Origin: Acaryochloris marina S15
GTDB lineage: Bacteria; Cyanobacteriota; Cyanobacteriia; Thermosynechococcales; Thermosynechococcaceae
Direction of reading: 5' to 3'
NCBI RefSeq assembly: GCF_018336915.1
Contig: NZ_CP064923.1
Location: forward strand, 4,620,001-4,652,000
DNA length: 32,000 nucleotides
This document shows positions 9,997-17,129 of the stretch, piece by piece. Both the position numbers and the translations under genes were made by a program. Position 1 is the stretch's first letter. Every line of letters begins with the position of its first letter. The notes under the pieces were generated by a model that worked only from the letters and a program-made list of their open reading frames with translations, searched no databases and was not told the origin of the DNA.

Positions 9997-10038
9997 GTTT
10001 GTATCAATATTCAGTTTATAGATAACTGAAAAGGATGA

Positions 10039-10179
10039 CTATGACGTTACATCATCAATATCACCGGCAGGAATCGTCCCAAAAGGCACATCTGTCGCAT
10101 TAAATGACGGTGAATTCTTAGTCATATCTTCTACGCTGCCATACACCTTCAACTGAGGTGCACCATAGGATCTTTTCAT
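10039..10179 (-). CDS. Lasso peptide precursor A2 (46 aa)
   Basis: Hand translation gives MKRSYGAPQLKVYGSVEDMTKNSPSFNATDVPFGTIPAGDIDDVTS*. An AAGGAG Shine-Dalgarno lies 12 nt upstream of the ATG. The leader fits the lasso RRE-recognition pattern Y-x2-P-x-L-x3-G-x5-T-x. Too short for the ORF track. Confidence 0.85.
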   Translation of the reverse strand: MKRSYGAPQLKVYGSVEDMTKNSPSFNATDVPFGTIPAGDIDDVTS

Positions 10180-10259
10180 GGTCTTAGCTTACTCCTTACT
10201 TAATTTGTCTTTAGCTGTTCTGGCTTATGCATATGGAAGCATTTGCCAATTAACAGCGT

Positions 10260-10277
10260 CTAATTGTTGTCAATTAG
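10260..10277 (-). promoter_or_regulatory. Conserved palindrome or hairpin in the A2 5' region
   Basis: The plus strand reads CTAATTG-TTGT-CAATTAG, a 7-bp perfect stem. It lies about 85 nt upstream of the A2 ATG. Confidence 0.4.
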
Positions 10278-10372
10278 GTGTTTTACCCCCCAGGTCAGCT
10301 GTGAAACAATTCAAGCTGGACCACGACGCAAACATTCTAGCAACAATCAAAAAATCGTGGCTGGGTAATAAA

Positions 10373-10513
10373 CTATGACGTTATATCATCAATATCCCCA
10401 GCAGGAATGGTTCCAAATGGCACATCGATAGCATTCACCGATGGCGCATTCTTTGTCATATCTTCTACGCTTCCGTAAGCCCTCAATTGAGGTGCATCAT
10501 AAAATTTTTTCAT
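10373..10513 (-). CDS. Lasso peptide precursor A1 (46 aa)
   Basis: Hand translation gives MKKFYDAPQLRAYGSVEDMTKNAPSVNAIDVPFGTIPAGDIDDITS*. It has an AAGGAG Shine-Dalgarno upstream and the same Y-x2-P-x-L-x3-G-x5-T-x leader. Its stop directly abuts the duplicated upstream region of A2. Confidence 0.85.
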   Translation of the reverse strand: MKKFYDAPQLRAYGSVEDMTKNAPSVNAIDVPFGTIPAGDIDDITS

Positions 10514-10596
10514 GGCCTTAGCTTGCTCCTTAAGTCATCTGCTTTTAGCAGCTGTTCTGGTTTACTTATATGAGTTGCCATACAAGTTAACAGCGT

Positions 10597-10614
10597 CTAA
10601 TTAAAGTTAATTAG
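10597..10614 (-). promoter_or_regulatory. Conserved palindrome or hairpin in the A1 5' region
   Basis: The plus strand reads CTAATTA-AAGT-TAATTAG, a 7-bp perfect stem. The innermost pair is A:T here and G:C in the A2 copy, a compensatory double change. Confidence 0.4.
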
Positions 10615-10803
10615 GTGTTTACCCCCCAGGTCAGCTGTGAAACAAGTTTCTAGCCGGACCATGATGCCGCTATTTTAGGCAGTATCCAGTGGAAAATCTT
10701 GCCGAGTGGACATCAATTCAGCATACAAATCCAGTTTAGACATTATAGCTTTTAAAATATATGGGGAGAATCTCAATCCTTAAATATTCATAAGATTTGA
10801 TTA

Positions 10804-12777
10804 CTATTGCGTGGATTCTGCAAAATTGGAGCTTAGATTAGCTTGTTGTAGCCAAAGAATCAAGTTAACGGCAATCCAAATCAGTAAAGTGTCGTTAGCT
10901 TCAGCATGTCCTGTGTGCCATCGATTGACTAGGTTAGTCAGCTCTTGCATATCAATAAAGTCTGCAATGGCATCAGGAGGATGACTGAGGACCTGGTGGA
11001 TCAAGTCCGTACCGTATTTCTCTAGGGTATGGTCAAACGCTGTGCCCAAATTTCCTTTCCCTGCGCGCCACTGAATTTGGGGAGGAAGAATACCTTCGAG
11101 TCCACGTCTGATAATCAACCGAGTCCAACCATTTTGCATCTTCTGCTCCTCTGGTAGAGAGACACAAAATTCTACTAACCGCTTATCCCAAAAGGGAAAT
11201 CGCAATTCAATTTGGGATGCGGCGGCTGTTCGATCCATCACTTCTAGGGTCGAAGAGACTAAGCCAGACGTAACATCAACGATATGTTCATGACGTTGAG
11301 ATGGTTGTGCGCCAAAGCGCTGACGACGCAACTGTTTATAGCGCTGTAGCACTGATGCCCGATCGATAAAGTCTGGGCTAAGGGGAATGGCCCAAGGCAT
11401 TGCTGGAGCTGCCTGTGATGCACTAGGGTCTTGCTGTCCACGAGATTGCCAAGTGTTGACTTTACGAATAATTTTGGTGATCTTTGTCTTCTTGAGGAGG
11501 GGGTTGATGCCAAATTTACGGACATAGGACCGATACAGTGGCCATAAGTCGTAACCGAAGCTTTGACAAAACCCGCTCATCTCGCGCCATAACTTGAGCC
11601 AATGTCCCGCTTTGGCAAGGGTGCGCAAATACCCTACTCCATGGGATACCGCCTGATCACCATCAAAGCCATCCAATAACACCCGGACGGATTGGCCCTG
11701 AGCGATTTGATATAAGGCATGGGTTAAGTGGGAGTTACAGGCAAATAAGGGTTCGTCTTGAAGGGCCAACATCTGCTGATAATCTGTCCAGGGTCCGAGT
11801 TGATCTCCCTGTACATACTGAGGCTCGATAGGCCGCTGATGAACCACTGCATTAATGAATTCCTGTTCATCAGATGCCGTTATTTCATTAAACACGGCAG
11901 AGAAGGTGGGGAATTTAGCGGTCTCTTGTGCCTCCTGTCTCAACTGGGCAGTCATACAGGTGATGGAGGAGGAGTCAATGCCACCACTTAACATCGTGCC
12001 CACGGGAAATGCACTTCTGAGGCGACAGCGCACTGCTTCGGTAAAAATAGCTTGAAACTGTTCAGCATAGGCTTGATCGGACTCAAGCTGTAGTTCAACG
12101 TCAGGATCGAGAGACCAGTAGGATGAGATGTCCAGATTGTTTTTGCTCACCGTCATCCGGTGAGCAGGAGGAAGTCGCAGGATCTGCTCATAGAAGGTCA
12201 TTTCTGAATCAAACAACATGAGGGTCAGATAGTCGGCGACTCTGGTTTCATTTAAGGCTTTAGGCACTTCTGGCAGGTGAAACAGCGCTTTCATTTCGCT
12301 TGCAAAGGCAAACACCTGTTCAGAGGCATAGTAAAAGAAAGGCTTGACCCCAAAATGATCGCGGGCACAAAACAAATGCTGTTGAGTGGCATCCCAGAGG
12401 GCAAAGGCAAAGTCACCCAGGAGAAATTCAGGACATTGTTCACCCCATTTTTCGTAGGCAGCAAGAATGAGAGCGCTATCGGTAATAACTTCGGATGTAG
12501 GCTGTTCCAGGCCCAACTGGGTCATCAGATCAGCACGATTATCAATCCGCGCGTCGGCAGTGAGGACTAAGGTTTGGGAGGCATTGCTGAGAGGAGGCGT
12601 TTCAAACCGGGATTCTGGGGTTGTCTGTAATAAACAATGGCCGAGGCCAACCTGATCTTGACTCCATATATTTGTCCCATCCGGTCCCCGATGGGACAGA
12701 GATTGGACCATTTGATGCAGATGATCAATCCCCCCAGGATGAGGGTGAGGATAAACAAAGCCAGTAATTGCGCTCAT
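10804..12777 (-). CDS. Lasso peptide cyclase (C protein), asparagine synthetase B-like
   Basis: 657 aa. The N-terminal Ntn-like domain starts MSAITGF, so it lacks the Cys2 glutaminase nucleophile, as is usual for lasso cyclases. The PP-loop ATP pyrophosphatase motif is MLSGGIDSSSIT. Confidence 0.9.
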   Translation of the reverse strand: MSAITGFVYPHPHPGGIDHLHQMVQSLSHRGPDGTNIWSQDQVGLGHCLLQTTPESRFETPPLSNASQTLVLTADARIDNRADLMTQLGLEQPTSEVITDSALILAAYEKWGEQCPEFLLGDFAFALWDATQQHLFCARDHFGVKPFFYYASEQVFAFASEMKALFHLPEVPKALNETRVADYLTLMLFDSEMTFYEQILRLPPAHRMTVSKNNLDISSYWSLDPDVELQLESDQAYAEQFQAIFTEAVRCRLRSAFPVGTMLSGGIDSSSITCMTAQLRQEAQETAKFPTFSAVFNEITASDEQEFINAVVHQRPIEPQYVQGDQLGPWTDYQQMLALQDEPLFACNSHLTHALYQIAQGQSVRVLLDGFDGDQAVSHGVGYLRTLAKAGHWLKLWREMSGFCQSFGYDLWPLYRSYVRKFGINPLLKKTKITKIIRKVNTWQSRGQQDPSASQAAPAMPWAIPLSPDFIDRASVLQRYKQLRRQRFGAQPSQRHEHIVDVTSGLVSSTLEVMDRTAAASQIELRFPFWDKRLVEFCVSLPEEQKMQNGWTRLIIRRGLEGILPPQIQWRAGKGNLGTAFDHTLEKYGTDLIHQVLSHPPDAIADFIDMQELTNLVNRWHTGHAEANDTLLIWIAVNLILWLQQANLSSNFAESTQ

Positions 12778-12797
12778 GATGACAGAAGGGTCGAAAT

Positions 12798-14015
12798 TTA
12801 GGAATGAGAAGTGGGTTCAATCTCTTTAATCATGAGAAATCCCTCTTGAATCAAGTTCTGAGTTAAGGACAATCTGCCAGCATCATTAATCAAACCACCA
12901 ATATCTTTTATGGCCAGACAGGAATGGTCGATCAGATCGGTCAGGGAAGCCGCTAGAAAGATAGGAAAGGTTAGGCTTTTTTGATAGAAGTTCAAAATAA
13001 TTTGGGTTGAACTTCTATCAACTGAAAATAGGATATTGGGCCTACGGGCAACGACAGAATCGAGATTGAGCTGTGGCAGATGGATCAGGTCTTGGAAGCG
13101 GCCTTGGTCTTCTGATTTGCGATCGCACAAAAATACCCCATTCTTCCGCTCCACCAATTCTTTGGTCTTCACCCTATTCATTAAGGACTGGCTCAGGGTT
13201 TGAAACGATTCATCAAAAGCCTGCTGTTGCTCAGAACTGGAAAAACCGTGGGGAATCGCTTTCCGAAAGGCCGGGTCAGCCTGGGCAATGGTGACCAACT
13301 CCTCCAAGAGTTCGTAAGCAAAGGTGGGATATAACCCTAGGGATGCGTGGACTGAAGTGGTTTCTTGACTGGCCGCTTGATGGACCACACCCCGAGGAAT
13401 ATAGAGCAAATCACCAGGCTGGAGCATTACCGTTAACTCTGGCTCAGCCAGTTCATGGCGGCCAATACTTTGATCTCTGATGTGAGAGGGTAGCTCAACG
13501 GGGGAATGGTAGAGTTTCCATTCTTTCTCCCCGGTGATTTGGAGAATAAACACATCATGTTCGTCGTAATGAGGTGCTAAACCCTGGGCTTGGGGGGGCG
13601 TGATGTAGATATTGGTTCGGAGCTTAAACTTCAGCTCGCATTCTAGGGCACTACAAAAGTGTCGCAGCTTGGGAATTTTCTTGTGGGCCCCGTTGATGGT
13701 CAAGGTTAAGCCCTGGTGCAACAAGCTATACAGCTTGTCATTGTCAATAAAATATTGTTGGGATTTAGAGTGGCGTTCGCACCAGTCTTCCAGACTTAGC
13801 TTATTGCCCTGATCCACTAGGCGGAAGTTATTGTAATCCGCCAACAAAGCTTTGTTTTGCAGCAGTAGATCGATGTCGCCTGGATCTAGGACCGACCCAT
13901 AAAAAAAGGCATCATTCCTGGGCAAATGAAGCGTTTTTGCTTCCCAATAGGTCTGGAAAAAATCTTCAATCGTGCAGGGAGCGATTAAACGGGCAAACTG
14001 AGACTCAACCTTCAT
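12798..14015 (-). CDS. JmjC/cupin-4 Fe(II)/2OG oxygenase, ribosomal-oxygenase (YcfD/RoxA, COG2850)-like
   Basis: The N-terminus FFQTYWEAKTLHLPRND resembles the YcfD start. The facial triad is H-Y-D in GLAPHYDEHDVFILQ plus the distal His in LLYIPRGVVHQ. The ATG at 14015 overlaps the kinase stop by 11 nt (ATGAAGGTTGA). The track start at 14036 is a TTG. Confidence 0.75.
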   Translation of the reverse strand: MKVESQFARLIAPCTIEDFFQTYWEAKTLHLPRNDAFFYGSVLDPGDIDLLLQNKALLADYNNFRLVDQGNKLSLEDWCERHSKSQQYFIDNDKLYSLLHQGLTLTINGAHKKIPKLRHFCSALECELKFKLRTNIYITPPQAQGLAPHYDEHDVFILQITGEKEWKLYHSPVELPSHIRDQSIGRHELAEPELTVMLQPGDLLYIPRGVVHQAASQETTSVHASLGLYPTFAYELLEELVTIAQADPAFRKAIPHGFSSSEQQQAFDESFQTLSQSLMNRVKTKELVERKNGVFLCDRKSEDQGRFQDLIHLPQLNLDSVVARRPNILFSVDRSSTQIILNFYQKSLTFPIFLAASLTDLIDHSCLAIKDIGGLINDAGRLSLTQNLIQEGFLMIKEIEPTSHS

Positions 14016-14910
14016 GGGCCAGGATGTGATTTTCAACTAGGGTAGCAATGTCCGGCAGTAAATCTAAGGAAGCTGGTCGTAGAAGACGCAAGAGAGGCAC
14101 CTGTTGAGCCAGTATCATCAGTTGCTTAAAATGGCTGGCCCCTCGCTCCTGCAATAAAGTTTGCTCAAAGCGGGTGACATAGGAGTTTTGCATCAAATGT
14201 TGAATAATCTCCTGGGGCGGCAACGGCTTAATGGCGACTTCGTCTCCTTGCCCCAGCACAAAAATATATCTAAGAGGCAGAATGTCAGCCATAAAGCCCG
14301 AAGAGAGCTGATGATTCCGTTTTTCTAAGCGGGCACCTAATCGCGGCAAATCTTCGGGTTGCTTGCCAATGCAAGCGACGGCATCTGGCCACAGCTTAAT
14401 TTGAGGAAAGGCAGGTTGCACCTGAATTTGATGACGTTGGATTTCCAGGGCCACCACATCATCCGCAATTAAGCTATGGCCTCGATCATGCAAGGTAGCT
14501 GCCATCGTGGATTTGCCCCACCGTTTTTGACCGATAAAGGCCACGGCTTCGCCTTCTAAGGCCACAGCGCTGGCATGGAGGACCAAAAATCCTCGTTGGT
14601 GCAATACGACCCCCATCACCGCGCCTAGAATAAACAGGCGAAGGCGATCCTCATCCAGATCGATCTCTAAATCAATCAGGACATCTTGCCCTTCCTGAAT
14701 CAAAAACGTCCCCACTCCCTGCCAATATAAATACATCCCCGCATCTGTATTTTGATAGCAATGCAGGGTGTTTTCGGTTTGCAAAGGACTATCGGTAATG
14801 GCACCAAAATGAATCCAAACATCCGCATCAGTTGCCAGGGTAGAGATCAGTTCTGGCAGTTGAATTTCAGACTGTAGGGTCAAGCCATAGGCTGAGTAAA
14901 AGTGGGACAT
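14005..14910 (-). CDS. HPr kinase-like (HprK-related) kinase; candidate lasso precursor Ser kinase
   Basis: 301 aa with P-loop GQKRWGKSTMAA followed by LIADDVV, as in the HprK C-terminal domain. It sits inside the lasso operon, and both precursors end in Ser. Confidence 0.75.
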   Translation of the reverse strand: MSHFYSAYGLTLQSEIQLPELISTLATDADVWIHFGAITDSPLQTENTLHCYQNTDAGMYLYWQGVGTFLIQEGQDVLIDLEIDLDEDRLRLFILGAVMGVVLHQRGFLVLHASAVALEGEAVAFIGQKRWGKSTMAATLHDRGHSLIADDVVALEIQRHQIQVQPAFPQIKLWPDAVACIGKQPEDLPRLGARLEKRNHQLSSGFMADILPLRYIFVLGQGDEVAIKPLPPQEIIQHLMQNSYVTRFEQTLLQERGASHFKQLMILAQQVPLLRLLRPASLDLLPDIATLVENHILAHEG

Positions 14911-15043
14911 GGCAATTGCGGTTATCCAGACTCAAAGAATAACGTTTTTAGGCGATTTTTGCCTTAAGCAATCAGGGTTAGATATTTGAGAAAGATAAAG
15001 TAGAGCCTGGAGAATCAATCCTGCAGATATAGACCGCCAATCC

Positions 15044-15973
15044 CTACCGTGGGTCCATAGGCAGGATTTTCTTGAGGTTGGACTTGAGTTTTTTCAGGAA
15101 CGGTTGAGCGGATTTAGGGGAGTTGGCAGTAAACAGCTCATAGATTAACTGTTCGAATAGCGGATTGGGCACCATGGGGTCTGGGTGAATCATGGCATCT
15201 AGGTCCAAATTAAAGGTCGGCAACTCATTCAGACCTTGGTTTCCTTGGGTATGACTGCCTTGAGTACCAATATTAGAAACCAGATTGACCTTGGGCACCA
15301 CGGTAAGACCATTCTGGGCAAGACAAGAATAAAACCACGGAATATCCCAAACTTGTTGGTTTTGATAAGCCCAGTCAAATAATTGGGTAACCCAATCTGC
15401 TAGGGCTGGCTGCGGAAAAAATTGGGCCTGTCGATACTGAGGCCAGCCCGTCATTTTGAGGTCGTAGCATTGCCAAGCCCTGCGCCAAGAGGCCCATCCC
15501 CAAGACACAAAAAATTTAGAAAACACATAGGTCTGGGGAATCGGTAAGGTATCTCCCAGAAAATTACTGCCGGAGATAGTCATCACTTGAGATAGATGAC
15601 GGTACTGGGCCAACATGGCTTGGCAAAAAGGGAAAAAACTGGGATGGGGAAGACAATCATCTTCTAAAATGATCGCTTCTTCCACCTGAGAGAACACCCA
15701 ATCCAACCCCTGGGCATTGCAACACCGCCCCCCAAGATTCGAGTCTGAAAAATGGGTGAGCACCTCGCACTCCCAATCCACTTGATCGACAATGGCTCTA
15801 GCTTGCTGGCATAATTTTTGGTCCTCTGGAACATCAGCTCTCGGGCCATCTGCAACGATTAACAAAGCTTGTGGTTTGGCCTGGGCAATCGCGGCAAACA
15901 CCTGACTGGAATATTGAGGGCGATTGAAAATATGAAACGCAACGGGAGTGGAAAGGGGCATCAGGAGTGCCAT
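15044..15973 (-). CDS. GT-A fold glycosyltransferase, GnT-I (GT13)-like
   Basis: 309 aa. It has an N-terminal Rossmann-like strand PVAFHIFNRP. The motif IILEDDCLPHPSFF closely resembles the GnT-I EDD motif (EDD-x4-P-x-FF). Confidence 0.6.
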   Translation of the reverse strand: MALLMPLSTPVAFHIFNRPQYSSQVFAAIAQAKPQALLIVADGPRADVPEDQKLCQQARAIVDQVDWECEVLTHFSDSNLGGRCCNAQGLDWVFSQVEEAIILEDDCLPHPSFFPFCQAMLAQYRHLSQVMTISGSNFLGDTLPIPQTYVFSKFFVSWGWASWRRAWQCYDLKMTGWPQYRQAQFFPQPALADWVTQLFDWAYQNQQVWDIPWFYSCLAQNGLTVVPKVNLVSNIGTQGSHTQGNQGLNELPTFNLDLDAMIHPDPMVPNPLFEQLIYELFTANSPKSAQPFLKKLKSNLKKILPMDPR

Positions 15974-15991
15974 GGAAGAAGAAGCGGAATT

Positions 15992-16600
15992 TCAGACAAA
16001 CCAGCTGACAATCGAGAAGCGCTCACCATAGGTGACCGGTTTAACTTCATGCCAGAGATCGGATCGAAACGCAATCAGTTGACCTTGTTCAGGCTCCAGA
16101 GGGAAGCCATAGTTTTGACCGCGAGCATCATCAAGTAATCCATAGAGGGCTAAGGCTCCGCCCCCAAAGGTCTGAGGACTAGGCTCAGCGGACATACTGT
16201 TGAGGAAAATAATTAAAGACACCAGTCGATTTTTTTCAAACTTAGAGCCCGGTAGGCTCGGATCGATGACATCTCGATGAAGGCCAAAAAAGTCGCCCAC
16301 TTGATAGCGATAGCAGGAGGGGGGTTCTAAGTCCTGGAGTTGGACCTGGAAATGGGTTTCTAATCGCGGCTTAATAGCAATTAAGCGCTCACGAATGCTC
16401 TGGGCCGTGGTTTGACTTATTTGCAACTGGCCCGTTTTTCGTCGACTATTGTCGGTCACAGCCTCACCATATCTTGTGAGGCGAGCGGGCTCACAGGGGC
16501 AGGTCTGTGCTTCCGTGAGGTAGGACTCACAAAATTGTGGATCTAAAAAGCCGGGGTCAACAAATACCCCCAAGCGTTCAAAAAAAGCAGCGCTAGGCAT
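15992..16600 (-). CDS. 2OG-Fe(II) oxygenase, prolyl-4-hydroxylase-like
   Basis: 202 aa. The HxD is in FGLHRDV, the distal His is in DLWHEVKPV, and the 2OG-binding Arg is in ERFSIVSW. Confidence 0.75.
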   Translation of the reverse strand: MPSAAFFERLGVFVDPGFLDPQFCESYLTEAQTCPCEPARLTRYGEAVTDNSRRKTGQLQISQTTAQSIRERLIAIKPRLETHFQVQLQDLEPPSCYRYQVGDFFGLHRDVIDPSLPGSKFEKNRLVSLIIFLNSMSAEPSPQTFGGGALALYGLLDDARGQNYGFPLEPEQGQLIAFRSDLWHEVKPVTYGERFSIVSWFV

Positions 16601-16670
16601 TGCTCCGAACCTTTTATTCAGCGATGGAAAAATATTTAATATTCTAGATCAAGTCCTCAGAAGATGAGGC

Positions 16671-17129
16671 TTAGATCTTGGAATCAAATGATGGCATTGG
16701 TGTAAAGCGGGATAAGTCATTCACAAAGCCCATGATCACTTGCCCTTGCAACTCAACCCAGGCATGGGCTTCTAGAGAATGGTCTTCTGCTTTAGCAACC
16801 CCAATTTTTAGCTCGGGTTCATAGCCTCGCCGACAAATTAACACTTGAGTGACGAGGGCTCGAGCTAAACATTTCACCTTTCCTGGCATAAAGCGGCTGC
16901 TGGTGTTCACTGCCCAGACCACTTTACCTACGGTCCTACGACTAATCTTAGTCAGGGTAGGCGATTGATAGTAAGCAGACGTTTGGTGAAAGTTGACCAG
17001 CCATTTTTGCAGGATTTTGAAGGGTAGCAACCACAACCCCAATCGAACCAAGCCCAAGAGAACGTAGGTTTTGATCAGGAGGGTGCGATCGCAACTTCGC
17101 AACCGCAAAAATTTAAGCACTGGCGACAT
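16671..17129 (-). CDS. Lasso peptide leader peptidase B2 (transglutaminase-like Cys protease)
   Basis: The catalytic Cys context is KCLARALVTQVL and the His context is LEAHAWVEL. The ATG at 17129 overlaps the end of B1 by 17 nt. The track start at 17141 is a TTG. Confidence 0.85.
   Translation of the reverse strand: MSPVLKFLRLRSCDRTLLIKTYVLLGLVRLGLWLLPFKILQKWLVNFHQTSAYYQSPTLTKISRRTVGKVVWAVNTSSRFMPGKVKCLARALVTQVLICRRGYEPELKIGVAKAEDHSLEAHAWVELQGQVIMGFVNDLSRFTPMPSFDSKI

Larger units (their letters stand above)
10039..10680 (-). repeat. Tandem duplication (about 335-bp unit) of precursor gene plus its 5' region
   Basis: Unit 10039-~10340 aligns with unit 10373-~10680. Both carry the coding region, the AAGGAG, and a conserved block CAGCTGACCTGGGGGGTAAA(A)CACCTAATT...TTAGACGCTGTTAA. 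The ATG-to-ATG offset is 334 bp. Confidence 0.85.

Noticed and set aside
10178-10378. 66-aa plus-strand ORF from the track, lying in the cyclase-exporter gap
   Set aside because: It runs antisense across precursor A2's 5' region and into A1. It has no Shine-Dalgarno and a low-complexity hydrophobic product. The minus-strand precursor genes, with AAGGAG sites and the lasso leader motif, explain the region far better.
10742-10747. Consensus TATAAT (minus strand) about 230 nt upstream of precursor A1, as the precursor promoter
   Set aside because: The hexamer is real, but the best -35 at 17-bp spacing is only TTCTCC, and TATAAT occurs easily in AT-rich spacers. I left it uncalled pending 5'-end mapping.
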